6,229 nt of DNA, taken from IMG/VR virus record IMGVR_UViG_3300029749_000255; one strand, written 5' to 3'. A program made the position numbers and the translations under genes. The stretch comes from a virus (Duplodnaviria; Heunggongvirae; Uroviricota; Caudoviricetes). This document shows positions 1 through 6,229 of this stretch, piece after piece (positions within the stretch are counted from its first letter, which is position 1; every line of letters begins with the position of its first letter). The notes under the pieces were generated by a model. That model had not been told where the DNA came from and did not search any database. It worked only from the letters and a program-made list of their open reading frames with translations.

Positions 1-192
1 TCCATTAAAAATGATGGACATTATTTTTGTAGAGCCGGAGGAAACAGACCAGACGGTTTAAATGAGCCGGTTACTTTAAATACCGGGACAGTCCGCTTTA
101 TTACCGGACTGCACGGGAGGCTTTGCGCCTTGAACAGTCCAGCGGGTACGACCGGGCGATGCAGGTCTGGGCCAAAGCGAACGTCGGTTTGA
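1..192 (+). CDS. Possible 3' end of an upstream gene continuing beyond the window; product unknown
   Basis: Frame 1 is open from the window edge to a TGA at 190-192 (63 codons). The peptide has no motif I recognise and is Cys/Gly/Arg-rich, so it may equally be non-coding. Two overlapping minus-strand ORFs (21-296, 101-412) look spurious. Confidence 0.25.
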   Translation, partial: SIKNDGHYFCRAGGNRPDGLNEPVTLNTGTVRFITGLHGRLCALNSPAGTTGRCRSGPKRTSV

Positions 193-239
193 TTTTTGTC
201 TGATGCAGAACATGCGCGAAAAGCGTAAGGAGGTGGACG

Positions 240-434
240 ATGTCTAATATCGATAATAAAGGTTGGGGGTTCCCCGCCCTGTCGAAAAAAGCACATTTCT
301 TTAATTCGGGGGAAGCCATATCACTATGCGGAAAATGGATGTTCACAGGTATCAGGATTGACGAATGGCATGACCATCCTGAGAACTGCGCTATCTGCAT
401 GAAGAAACGCAAAAAGCAGGAAGGCGAAAGCTAA
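240..434 (+). CDS. Small Cys/His-rich hypothetical protein (possible zinc-ribbon), phage-associated
   Basis: 64-aa ORF with a strong Shine-Dalgarno (TAAGGAGGT at 226-234) 5 nt before the ATG at 240. The C-terminal half carries C-x(13)-H-x-H-x(3)-C-x(2)-C, a plausible metal-binding knuckle, and a basic tail. Its TAA stop overlaps the next ATG (TAATG, 432-436), indicating translational coupling. Confidence 0.55.
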   Translation: MSNIDNKGWGFPALSKKAHFFNSGEAISLCGKWMFTGIRIDEWHDHPENCAICMKKRKKQEGES

Positions 435-718
435 TGGCCTATGAACGTGAAAACCTAATCGAAAAGCACCTCGTCGCTGAAGTAAAAAAGGCTGGCGGGG
501 TTGCCTTTAAGTTCGTATCTCCCGGTCTCCGCTCGGTACCAGATCGCATTGTTCTGCTACCCGGCGGTCGCATCGTCTTTGTCGAATGCAAAGCACCAGG
601 CAAACCACCACGACCTGATCAGTTGCGCGAGCATGAACGTCTGCGAAAACTGGGCTTTACCGTGGTAGTACTGGATAGTAAGGAGCTTTCATGTATATTA
701 GGCAAAAAATTACAATAG
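434..718 (+). CDS. VRR-NUC domain nuclease (PD-(D/E)XK superfamily)
   Basis: 94-aa protein with the VRR-NUC layout: GxxxKF ... PDRIVLL ... FVECK ... QLREHERLRKLGFTVVVL (a D ... E-x-K catalytic motif). The start overlaps the upstream stop. The last ~12 codons lie in AT-rich DNA and may be a replaced C-terminal tail. Confidence 0.8.
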   Translation: MAYERENLIEKHLVAEVKKAGGVAFKFVSPGLRSVPDRIVLLPGGRIVFVECKAPGKPPRPDQLREHERLRKLGFTVVVLDSKELSCILGKKLQ

Positions 719-733
719 GAGTCTGTGTAAGCT

Positions 734-1651
734 ATGGCTAAGCAACAAACGAAAGAAATAAACCAAGATGATGTAAAAGACAACAAAAATATGCCACCTC
801 ATATATGCGGCATTATTATGCCAATTGCGGACATAGAAGGTTATCCCACTGGACATTGGAGAAATGTTCATGACATTATTTGTGAAGCATCAAATGATGC
901 CGGATTCAAGGCAAATTTGGTAAGTTCAGATGATGATGTTGCAGTAATACAAAAACGAATTGTTCAAAATCTTTATGAAAACCCCATAGTTGTTTGCGAT
1001 ATAAGTGCTCGAAACGCTAATGTAATGTTTGAATTAGGAATGCGTCTCGCATTTGACAAACCGACCGTAATTATTAAGGACGAGCGCACTCCTTATAGCT
1101 TTGACATTTCATCAATTGAACATTTAGAGTACCCTTCGGATTTAAGATACCAATCAATCAATTTATTCAAAGAAAGACTTGCGAGCAAGATAAAAGAAAC
1201 ATATTTAAAGTCAGTAACTGATCCTGAATACACAACATTCCTCAAACATTTTGGCACTTTCAAAGTTGCACAACTAGACCAGAAAGAAGTATCAGAAACT
1301 GAGTATCTGGCATCTGAGATTAAAGATATCAAATCATTATTGATATCTCTTAGGGCAACAGCAACGACAAAATCCAGATTTTTCGACTCACCGAAAAATT
1401 ACTCGCAGCAGGAAATTGACAACTCTGTAGATATTATTAAAAATGGAGTTGCCAGTTATACTATAAGGAGTGAAGGATTTAGTATATCAAAATCAGCACT
1501 AGAAAAGTTACGCCAAAGACTACACAACGCAGGATTTCAAGTCGAGCAAATAGTATTGACAGGAAAAGAAGTAATTATTCATCTGTCATCACCTTTAATA
1601 AATGAAGAAGAAAATATTTTTAAAGATGCAATAGTAACAGCACTATTATAA
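734..1651 (+). CDS. Hypothetical protein with an N-terminal nucleoside 2-deoxyribosyltransferase (NDT)/TIR-like Rossmannoid domain and a C-terminal domain of unknown function; candidate defence or anti-defence effector
   Basis: 305-aa ORF, by far the longest in this stretch. Hand-sampled GC is roughly 28-40% against roughly 55-70% in the flanking helicase. The N-terminal ~120 aa match the NDT/DNPH1-like pattern: a beta-strand IIMPIAD, then PIVVCDISARNANVMFELGMRLAFDKPTVII, with Glu100 (nt 1031-1033) in the E-L-G position of the family's catalytic glutamate. The C-terminal ~180 aa are charged and helical with no motif I recognise. AGGAG at 717-721 sits 12 nt upstream of the ATG. Confidence 0.75.
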   Translation: MAKQQTKEINQDDVKDNKNMPPHICGIIMPIADIEGYPTGHWRNVHDIICEASNDAGFKANLVSSDDDVAVIQKRIVQNLYENPIVVCDISARNANVMFELGMRLAFDKPTVIIKDERTPYSFDISSIEHLEYPSDLRYQSINLFKERLASKIKETYLKSVTDPEYTTFLKHFGTFKVAQLDQKEVSETEYLASEIKDIKSLLISLRATATTKSRFFDSPKNYSQQEIDNSVDIIKNGVASYTIRSEGFSISKSALEKLRQRLHNAGFQVEQIVLTGKEVIIHLSSPLINEEENIFKDAIVTALL

Positions 1652-1663
1652 ATAACATTTTTA

Positions 1664-1699
1664 AAACAACAAAAGGTCTAAATTGGCCTTTTGTTGTTT
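1664..1699 (+). terminator. Perfect 13-bp hairpin (A/U-rich stem) between the AT-rich ORF and the helicase RBS; possible weak intrinsic terminator or attenuator
   Basis: AAACAACAAAAGG (1664-1676) pairs perfectly with CCTTTTGTTGTTT (1687-1699) around a 10-nt loop. The helicase Shine-Dalgarno AGGAG follows immediately at 1700-1704. The stem is AU-rich, so termination efficiency is uncertain. Confidence 0.4.
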
Positions 1700-1713
1700 A
1701 GGAGCCATATTAT

Positions 1714-3108
1714 ATGCCCCCAAAATATATACCTCGCCCCTACCAAGTTCTCATTATCAACCACGAAACCGAAACCCTGCGCGGCAACATCTGGGCGGGG
1801 ATGGGAATGGGTAAAACCGTGGCAACGCTCACTGCGCTGGAAGATCTCTTTATGGCAGGGGCAGAAACATGCCCCGCACTGGTCCTCGCGCCGCTGCGCG
1901 TGGCTGCCAGCACATGGCCGGATGAAGCACTGAAGTGGGGACATTTGCGCAATATCGAGGTGCAGCCAATTATTGGTAATGCCAAAGCGCGCTCTATGGC
2001 GCTGACGAACAGCAACGCAAGCGTGTTCACCATCAACTACGATAACCTTGTCTGGCTGATTGAAGAATTGGGAGAACGATGGCCGTTCGGTACTGTCATT
2101 CCAGATGAAAGCACCCGGCTAAAATCCTTCCGGCTGCGCGGTGGTGGTAAGCGCGCGGCGGCGCTGGGCAAAGTGGCGCATAAGTATGTCCGGCGCTGGA
2201 TAAATCTCACCGGTACGCCAGCACCGAACGGCCTGGTAGATTTGTGGGGACAATCGTGGTTTGTGGACCAGGGGCAACGTCTCGGGCGCACTTACGGCGC
2301 GTTTACCTCACGCTGGTTCAACTCGATACAGTTTCCGGGGCAGAGCTGGACCAAACTGGAGCCTTTTGCTCACTCACAGGGTGAAATACAGCGAGCGTTA
2401 GCCGATGTAACCCTCTCGCTGGATGCGGCCGACTGGTTCGATATCAAAGACCCCATCCATAACGTAATCCGCGTGGATATGCCACCGAAGGCCCGTCAGC
2501 AGTATCGTGAAATGGAAAAGGAAATGTTCCTCGAGCTGAATGGCGAAGGCATCGAAGCACCGAACGCCGCGGCAAAGACACTGAAGTGTCTGCAAATCGC
2601 CAGCGGCGCAGTATACACAGATGACACCGGAAGTTGGTCAGAACTGCATGACACCAAACTACAGGCGCTGGACAGCATACTGACCGAAGCAGCTGGCGCA
2701 CCTGTGCTGGTTGCTTATCACTGGAAACACGATCTTGAACGCTTGCTTAAAGCATTCCCTCGCGGTCGTCACCTCGACCAGGATCCACAGACACTGCGCG
2801 ACTGGAATTCCGGAAAGATTCCTGTTCTCTTTGCACACCCAGCCAGCGCGGGCCACGGCCTGAACATGCAGGACGGCGGAAATATACTGGTATTTTTCTC
2901 ACACTGGTGGGACCTGGAGCAATATCAGCAAATTATTGAACGTATCGGCCCCACCAGGCAGATACAGGCCGGACACAATCGTCCGGTATTTATTCACCAC
3001 ATTATTGCTGCCGACACTATGGATGAAATGGTGATGGAGCGGCGCAACTCAAAACGAACAGTGCAGGACATCCTGCTCGATGCCATGAAAAAGAGAGGTA
3101 TAGCATGA
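1714..3108 (+). CDS. SNF2-family (DEAD/DEAH-like superfamily 2) helicase, phage-type
   Basis: 464-aa protein with Walker A GMGMGKT (nt ~1798-1818), a DExx box (IPDESTRL), the SNF2-typical motif III LTGTPAPNGL, and a C-terminal helicase domain (HGLNMQ ... QQIIERIGPTRQ). AGGAG at 1700-1704 sits 9 nt before the ATG. GC is high. Confidence 0.9.
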   Translation: MPPKYIPRPYQVLIINHETETLRGNIWAGMGMGKTVATLTALEDLFMAGAETCPALVLAPLRVAASTWPDEALKWGHLRNIEVQPIIGNAKARSMALTNSNASVFTINYDNLVWLIEELGERWPFGTVIPDESTRLKSFRLRGGGKRAAALGKVAHKYVRRWINLTGTPAPNGLVDLWGQSWFVDQGQRLGRTYGAFTSRWFNSIQFPGQSWTKLEPFAHSQGEIQRALADVTLSLDAADWFDIKDPIHNVIRVDMPPKARQQYREMEKEMFLELNGEGIEAPNAAAKTLKCLQIASGAVYTDDTGSWSELHDTKLQALDSILTEAAGAPVLVAYHWKHDLERLLKAFPRGRHLDQDPQTLRDWNSGKIPVLFAHPASAGHGLNMQDGGNILVFFSHWWDLEQYQQIIERIGPTRQIQAGHNRPVFIHHIIAADTMDEMVMERRNSKRTVQDILLDAMKKRGIA

Positions 3109-3305
3109 GCGAGAAACCCGACGATTTACTCACCCCGGATGAAGTATGCCAAAAGTTAGGTATTACACAGAAAACGCTATGTGAGTGGAATATTAAGCAT
3201 CGTCATCGGGCTATCCTGGCACCAATTCGTTTCAGTGCAAAAGTAGTTCGTTATGAGCGCCGAAATATCGACGCTTTTATTCAAAAATGTCGCAGCCAGT
3301 ATTAA
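3105..3305 (+). CDS. AlpA/excisionase-like helix-turn-helix DNA-binding protein (candidate Xis or regulator)
   Basis: 66-aa protein whose LLTPDEVCQKLGITQKTLCEW ... VVRYERRNIDAFI resembles the AlpA/Xis (HTH_17-like) signature (LxxxEVxxxxGxSxxTIYR ... RWxxxDIxxWI). Its start overlaps the helicase stop (ATGA, 3105-3108), with a GAGAGG Shine-Dalgarno at 3093-3098. It lies next to the integrase. Confidence 0.75.
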   Translation: MSEKPDDLLTPDEVCQKLGITQKTLCEWNIKHRHRAILAPIRFSAKVVRYERRNIDAFIQKCRSQY

Positions 3306-4699
3306 CCTCGCCGCCGTAGCAATGCCACCTGCGCAAGTATGCTCCGCTCGTGAGCCTCGAAAGCTTCGCGCTTCAACGCAATCTCTTCCTGTAAAATCTC
3401 ATCAGAAAAGTCGTAATGTTCTGCCATCGGGTCATCTGACTTGCTGGAGTGGTGAAGGCAAAGGAGGCTGATTTCCCTTCGGTCTGAGCGGGAATAGCCT
3501 CTTTCCTTCATCAAGGCAATAACATTGCTCTTAAGGAATTTACGGCACATCGTATTAAATGCACCGTCTTTCCCTTTAACAGTCCCATCATGTTTTATTC
3601 CTTTTACAGCCCCGTCCGGGCTGTATGTTTTCACCAGCTTATCCAGTGATCGTTTTGAAAATGGCTGCATTGGATCACGTGGCTGCAAAAATACATAATC
3701 CCTGTTGCACTCAGGAACTGAATCACGCCAGGCTTTCTGCTCGTCGATAATCCGCCGGATCTCAGGGGTTATCGGCAGGCGGAAAGCCTTTTGTGTTTTC
3801 ATAGCCCCTCGCATGCCGATAACCCCTTCCGGATAAACAATTTCACCAGCCTCCTCGTGAACGTAGTCCCAGCGCAGGTTATGGACATTAATCGGACGAA
3901 CACCAGTGATGATCATGAAGCGAACAGCATTCTTCTGGTGTACAGAGGTGCAGGCAGCAACATTGAGCCAGAGTCGGGCGATTGATTCAATATCGGTAAA
4001 AAGCCGTGTGGGGGTAGGTTTCTGTACGCGGGAGGAAACATAATCATCTGGCAGACTGGCGGCAACATTGCGGCCGTTGCAAAGAGTAGGTGCGCAGAAC
4101 TTCCAGAACCGACGGAGCTCGGCAAACAACTCCAGGGCGTTATTGTTCGAGCGAGTAGCGATCCACTCGTCCAGCACTTCCACCAGCCGATTGTATGTTA
4201 CGTCGCTGAACACCTCGCGCTCGCCGAACGTTGCTTTAATCCGGTCGATACGCACCCCGTAGGTTGTGAAACTGTCCGGGCTCAGCTTCTGCCGGGCGAC
4301 TTTGGCTTTGAGGTCATCCCGGTACATTTCCAGCGCTGCATGTACGGACTCTGCCCGCAGGCCACCGTCAGCCATACCTAGCGCTTTTTCGCGCGCCAGC
4401 TGGATAGCGAGCTCCGGCCACTCGCCGAGCTTTTTACCTTTGAGGCCCATCTTTTTTGGAAACTCGGCGTAAAATGTAACCTTACCGGCTTTGCTGAAAT
4501 CGATACGGAGATAGTTCTCTTTTTCGTATTTGGAACGGCGAGCCACGCCGGAAGCAGCGAGGATGATTTTGGCGGCAGCAACACAGATTTTCATGTGTGC
4601 GCTGGTATAGGGGGGTTTACAGGCGTCCCATTTTTCAGATGCGGCTAAAACATCGTCATTATTGGGGCTATCCGGATTATGTGTTACAGTGCGCGGCAT
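3302..4699 (-). CDS. int: Tyrosine site-specific recombinase (phage-type integrase) with an N-terminal arm-binding-like region
   Basis: Long minus-strand ORF. The C-terminal catalytic region contains a candidate Arg I (ITGVRPINV), a CRKF segment at the HxxR position, LHH (the LGH-like His) and a Tyr 12 residues later (AEHYDF). The N-terminal KYEKENYLRIDFSKAGKVTFYAEF resembles an arm-type binding domain. The ORF track starts at a TTG (4705); I prefer the ATG at 4699, preceded by AAGGA and a 6-nt spacer. Confidence 0.85.
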   Translation of the reverse strand: MPRTVTHNPDSPNNDDVLAASEKWDACKPPYTSAHMKICVAAAKIILAASGVARRSKYEKENYLRIDFSKAGKVTFYAEFPKKMGLKGKKLGEWPELAIQLAREKALGMADGGLRAESVHAALEMYRDDLKAKVARQKLSPDSFTTYGVRIDRIKATFGEREVFSDVTYNRLVEVLDEWIATRSNNNALELFAELRRFWKFCAPTLCNGRNVAASLPDDYVSSRVQKPTPTRLFTDIESIARLWLNVAACTSVHQKNAVRFMIITGVRPINVHNLRWDYVHEEAGEIVYPEGVIGMRGAMKTQKAFRLPITPEIRRIIDEQKAWRDSVPECNRDYVFLQPRDPMQPFSKRSLDKLVKTYSPDGAVKGIKHDGTVKGKDGAFNTMCRKFLKSNVIALMKERGYSRSDRREISLLCLHHSSKSDDPMAEHYDFSDEILQEEIALKREAFEAHERSILAQVALLRRRG

Positions 4700-4705
4700 T
4701 CTCAA

Positions 4706-5175
<470 letters not shown>

Positions 5176-5318
5176 TATTCTGCTCCTGGAGTAGACTATT
5201 GTTGACTTTATAGTGTGAGCCTTCAGGTTCTTATATTTATTTTCGTGATGTGATCATAAATATCAATTATTTCATGAATGATAACACTATCTGTATAAGC
5301 ACTTATTTATAATTATTA

Positions 5319-5352
5319 AAGGCGCGCCTGGCTGGTTAACCTGACGCGCCTT
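5319..5352. terminator. Hairpin between the convergent yfhL and shoB genes; candidate bidirectional terminator
   Basis: AAGGCGCG (5319-5326) pairs with CGCGCCTT (5345-5352) around an 18-nt loop, with A/T-rich flanks on both sides. It lies between the yfhL stop (5175) and the shoB stop (5370). Confidence 0.4.
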
Positions 5353-5369
5353 AAGTACGTTTCCTTATG

Positions 5370-5450
5370 TTATAAGAACAGAAGGATCAGCTGTAAAACA
5401 GCAATGATGATTTTGATGACCCGTTTAATAAGGTATCGGCAATCAGTCAT
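5370..5450 (-). CDS. shoB: Type I toxin-antitoxin toxin ShoB (26-aa hydrophobic membrane peptide)
   Basis: The reverse complement of 5370-5450 translates to MTDCRYLIKRVIKIIIAVLQLILLFL*, matching the E. coli ShoB peptide as I recall it. An AAGGA Shine-Dalgarno sits 6 nt upstream on the minus strand. The ORF is too short to appear in the supplied track. The position between yfhL and acpS matches E. coli K-12. Confidence 0.85.
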   Translation of the reverse strand: MTDCRYLIKRVIKIIIAVLQLILLFL

Positions 5451-5506
5451 TCGTTTTTCCTTAAACAAGGAATGCAGCCGTTCAGATTAGCCCTTACATC
5501 TCCCCA

Positions 5507-5535
5507 NNNNNNNNNNNNNNNNNNNNNNNNNNNNN
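5507..5535. other. Run of 29 N (assembly gap or masked bases) inside the shoB leader / shoB-ohsC regulatory region
   Basis: Directly visible in the sequence; the true length and content are unknown. Confidence 0.99.
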
Positions 5536-5774
5536 GCATGCTGCACTCCACACCAGAGCTTTGACGACACCACTCGTTTCAATGGGGGAATTCTGTGGCA
5601 TGGTATAAAGCACAGCAAAATCGCCAATAACGAAGCCAATTTTAATGTACTTCCGAATTGGCGGTCACGTTAATCTTTCCATCAATATTGTTTTCTTCGT
5701 AAAGGCTCGAGTTTTTATGCTAAAGATTGCAAGTTGCTTGTAAAAGATAACCGCCCTGATCCATAATCGCTCTT

Positions 5775-5852
5775 GTTGAGGGTGCGTGCTGCACAAAATT
5801 AAAGTTGTAAAGTAAACCCCCTGTTCCTTACCAGTTCGGGGGTTTTACTTTT
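5775..5852 (+). ncRNA. ohsC: Candidate OhsC antitoxin sRNA of the shoB/ohsC type I TA locus; boundaries approximate
   Basis: A plus-strand promoter-like pair (-35 TTGTAA 5738-5743, 18-nt spacer, -10 CATAAT 5762-5767) predicts a start near 5775. A GC-stem hairpin at 5812-5848 followed by a U-tract (5849-5853) predicts a ~78-nt transcript. Known synteny places ohsC between shoB and acpS, divergent from shoB. The sequence was not matched from memory. Confidence 0.35.
5812..5848. terminator. Rho-independent terminator hairpin, probably bidirectional (candidate ohsC on plus, acpS on minus)
   Basis: AAACCCCC (5814-5821) pairs with GGGGGTTT (5838-5845) around a 16-nt loop. A T-run follows on the plus strand (TTTTACTTTTT) and a U-rich tract follows on the minus strand. 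It lies 24 nt downstream of the acpS stop (5872-5874). Confidence 0.55.
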
Positions 5853-5871
5853 TAAAGAGAACGGTATTATT

Positions 5872-6229
5872 TTAACTTTCAATAATTACCGTGGCGCAAG
5901 CATAGTGGCGTTCATCTGCCAGCGTTACATGCATATTTACAACGCCGAGCTTTTCCGCCAGTTTTAATGCCTCGCCCCACAGTCGCAGCCGTGGCTTACC
6001 AAGCTCATCGTTAAATACTTCAAACTGATTAAACGCCAGACCATTGCGGATCCCGGTGCCAAACGCTTTTGCTGCGGCTTCTTTTACGGCAAAGCGTTTC
6101 GCCAGAAAACGCACCGGCTGGTGGTGCGTTTTCCAAATTTCCCATTCGTTATCGCTTAATACGCGGCGTGCCAGGCGCTCACCGGATCGGGTGATCACCG
6201 CTTCAATGCGAGCGATCTCCACAATATCC
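5872..6229 (-). CDS. acpS: Holo-[acyl-carrier-protein] synthase AcpS, 3' portion; the 5' end lies beyond the window
   Basis: The translation (...[118 protein letters not shown]) is near-identical to E. coli AcpS. The ORF-track start at 6222 is an internal GTG (Val); the reading frame stays open to the window edge. Confidence 0.93.
   Translation of the reverse strand, partial: DIVEIARIEAVITRSGERLARRVLSDNEWEIWKTHHQPVRFLAKRFAVKEAAAKAFGTGIRNGLAFNQFEVFNDELGKPRLRLWGEALKLAEKLGVVNMHVTLADERHYACATVIIES

Noticed and set aside
21-412. Minus-strand ORFs 21-296 and 101-412
   Set aside because: They overlap the well-supported plus-strand ORF 240-434 and its Shine-Dalgarno, and their products are Pro/Arg-rich with no recognisable features; likely antisense artefacts of GC-rich DNA.
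734-790. Alternative start for the AT-rich ORF at the second Met (nt 791)
   Set aside because: There is no Shine-Dalgarno before 791, whereas AGGAG precedes 734 (with a long 12-nt spacer). The start stays at 734 but is uncertain by ~19 codons.
1093-1332. Minus-strand ORF inside the AT-rich gene
   Set aside because: It is fully nested antisense to a longer ORF with domain-level support, and has no RBS or motif.
681-1705. AGGAGC 6-mer at both ends of the AT-rich cassette (681-686 and 1700-1705) as a possible target-site duplication
   Set aside because: Both copies are Shine-Dalgarno-like sequences placed for downstream genes; a 6-mer match under functional constraint is not evidence of a duplication.
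1678-3108. Antisense and alternate-frame ORFs within the helicase (1678-1944, 1691-1933, 1740-2036, 2037-2291, 2398-2595, 2444-2701, 2496-2678, 2659-2856)
   Set aside because: All are nested in the SNF2 helicase ORF, whose motifs (Walker A, DExx, LTGTP) firmly establish the coding frame; high GC produces long spurious open frames.
5872-6222. ORF-track start of acpS at 6222
   Set aside because: That start is an internal GTG (Val in ...DIVEIARIE...); the reading frame stays open to the window edge, so the gene is truncated by the window rather than starting there.

Overview
This window is the right-hand end of a horizontally acquired, phage-related integrative element that abuts conserved enterobacterial core genes (yfhL, shoB/ohsC, acpS). 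The element part (about 1-4700) carries tightly packed plus-strand genes: a possible 3' gene fragment (1-192), a small Cys/His-rich protein (240-434), a VRR-NUC nuclease (434-718), a strikingly AT-rich 305-aa ORF with a nucleoside-2-deoxyribosyltransferase/TIR-like N-terminal domain (734-1651), an SNF2-family helicase (1714-3108) and an AlpA/excisionase-like HTH protein (3105-3305). A convergent tyrosine integrase (3302-4699, minus) closes the element. The core part holds the ferredoxin yfhL (4915-5175), the type I toxin shoB (5370-5450, minus; absent from the ORF track), a run of 29 N (5507-5535), a candidate ohsC sRNA and the 3' part of acpS (5872-6229, minus). The most interesting candidate is the AT-rich NDT/TIR-like gene, which looks like an inserted single-gene cassette and is a plausible uncharacterised anti-phage or anti-defence effector. 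All calls rest on reading the sequence and recalled family motifs; no database search was run.
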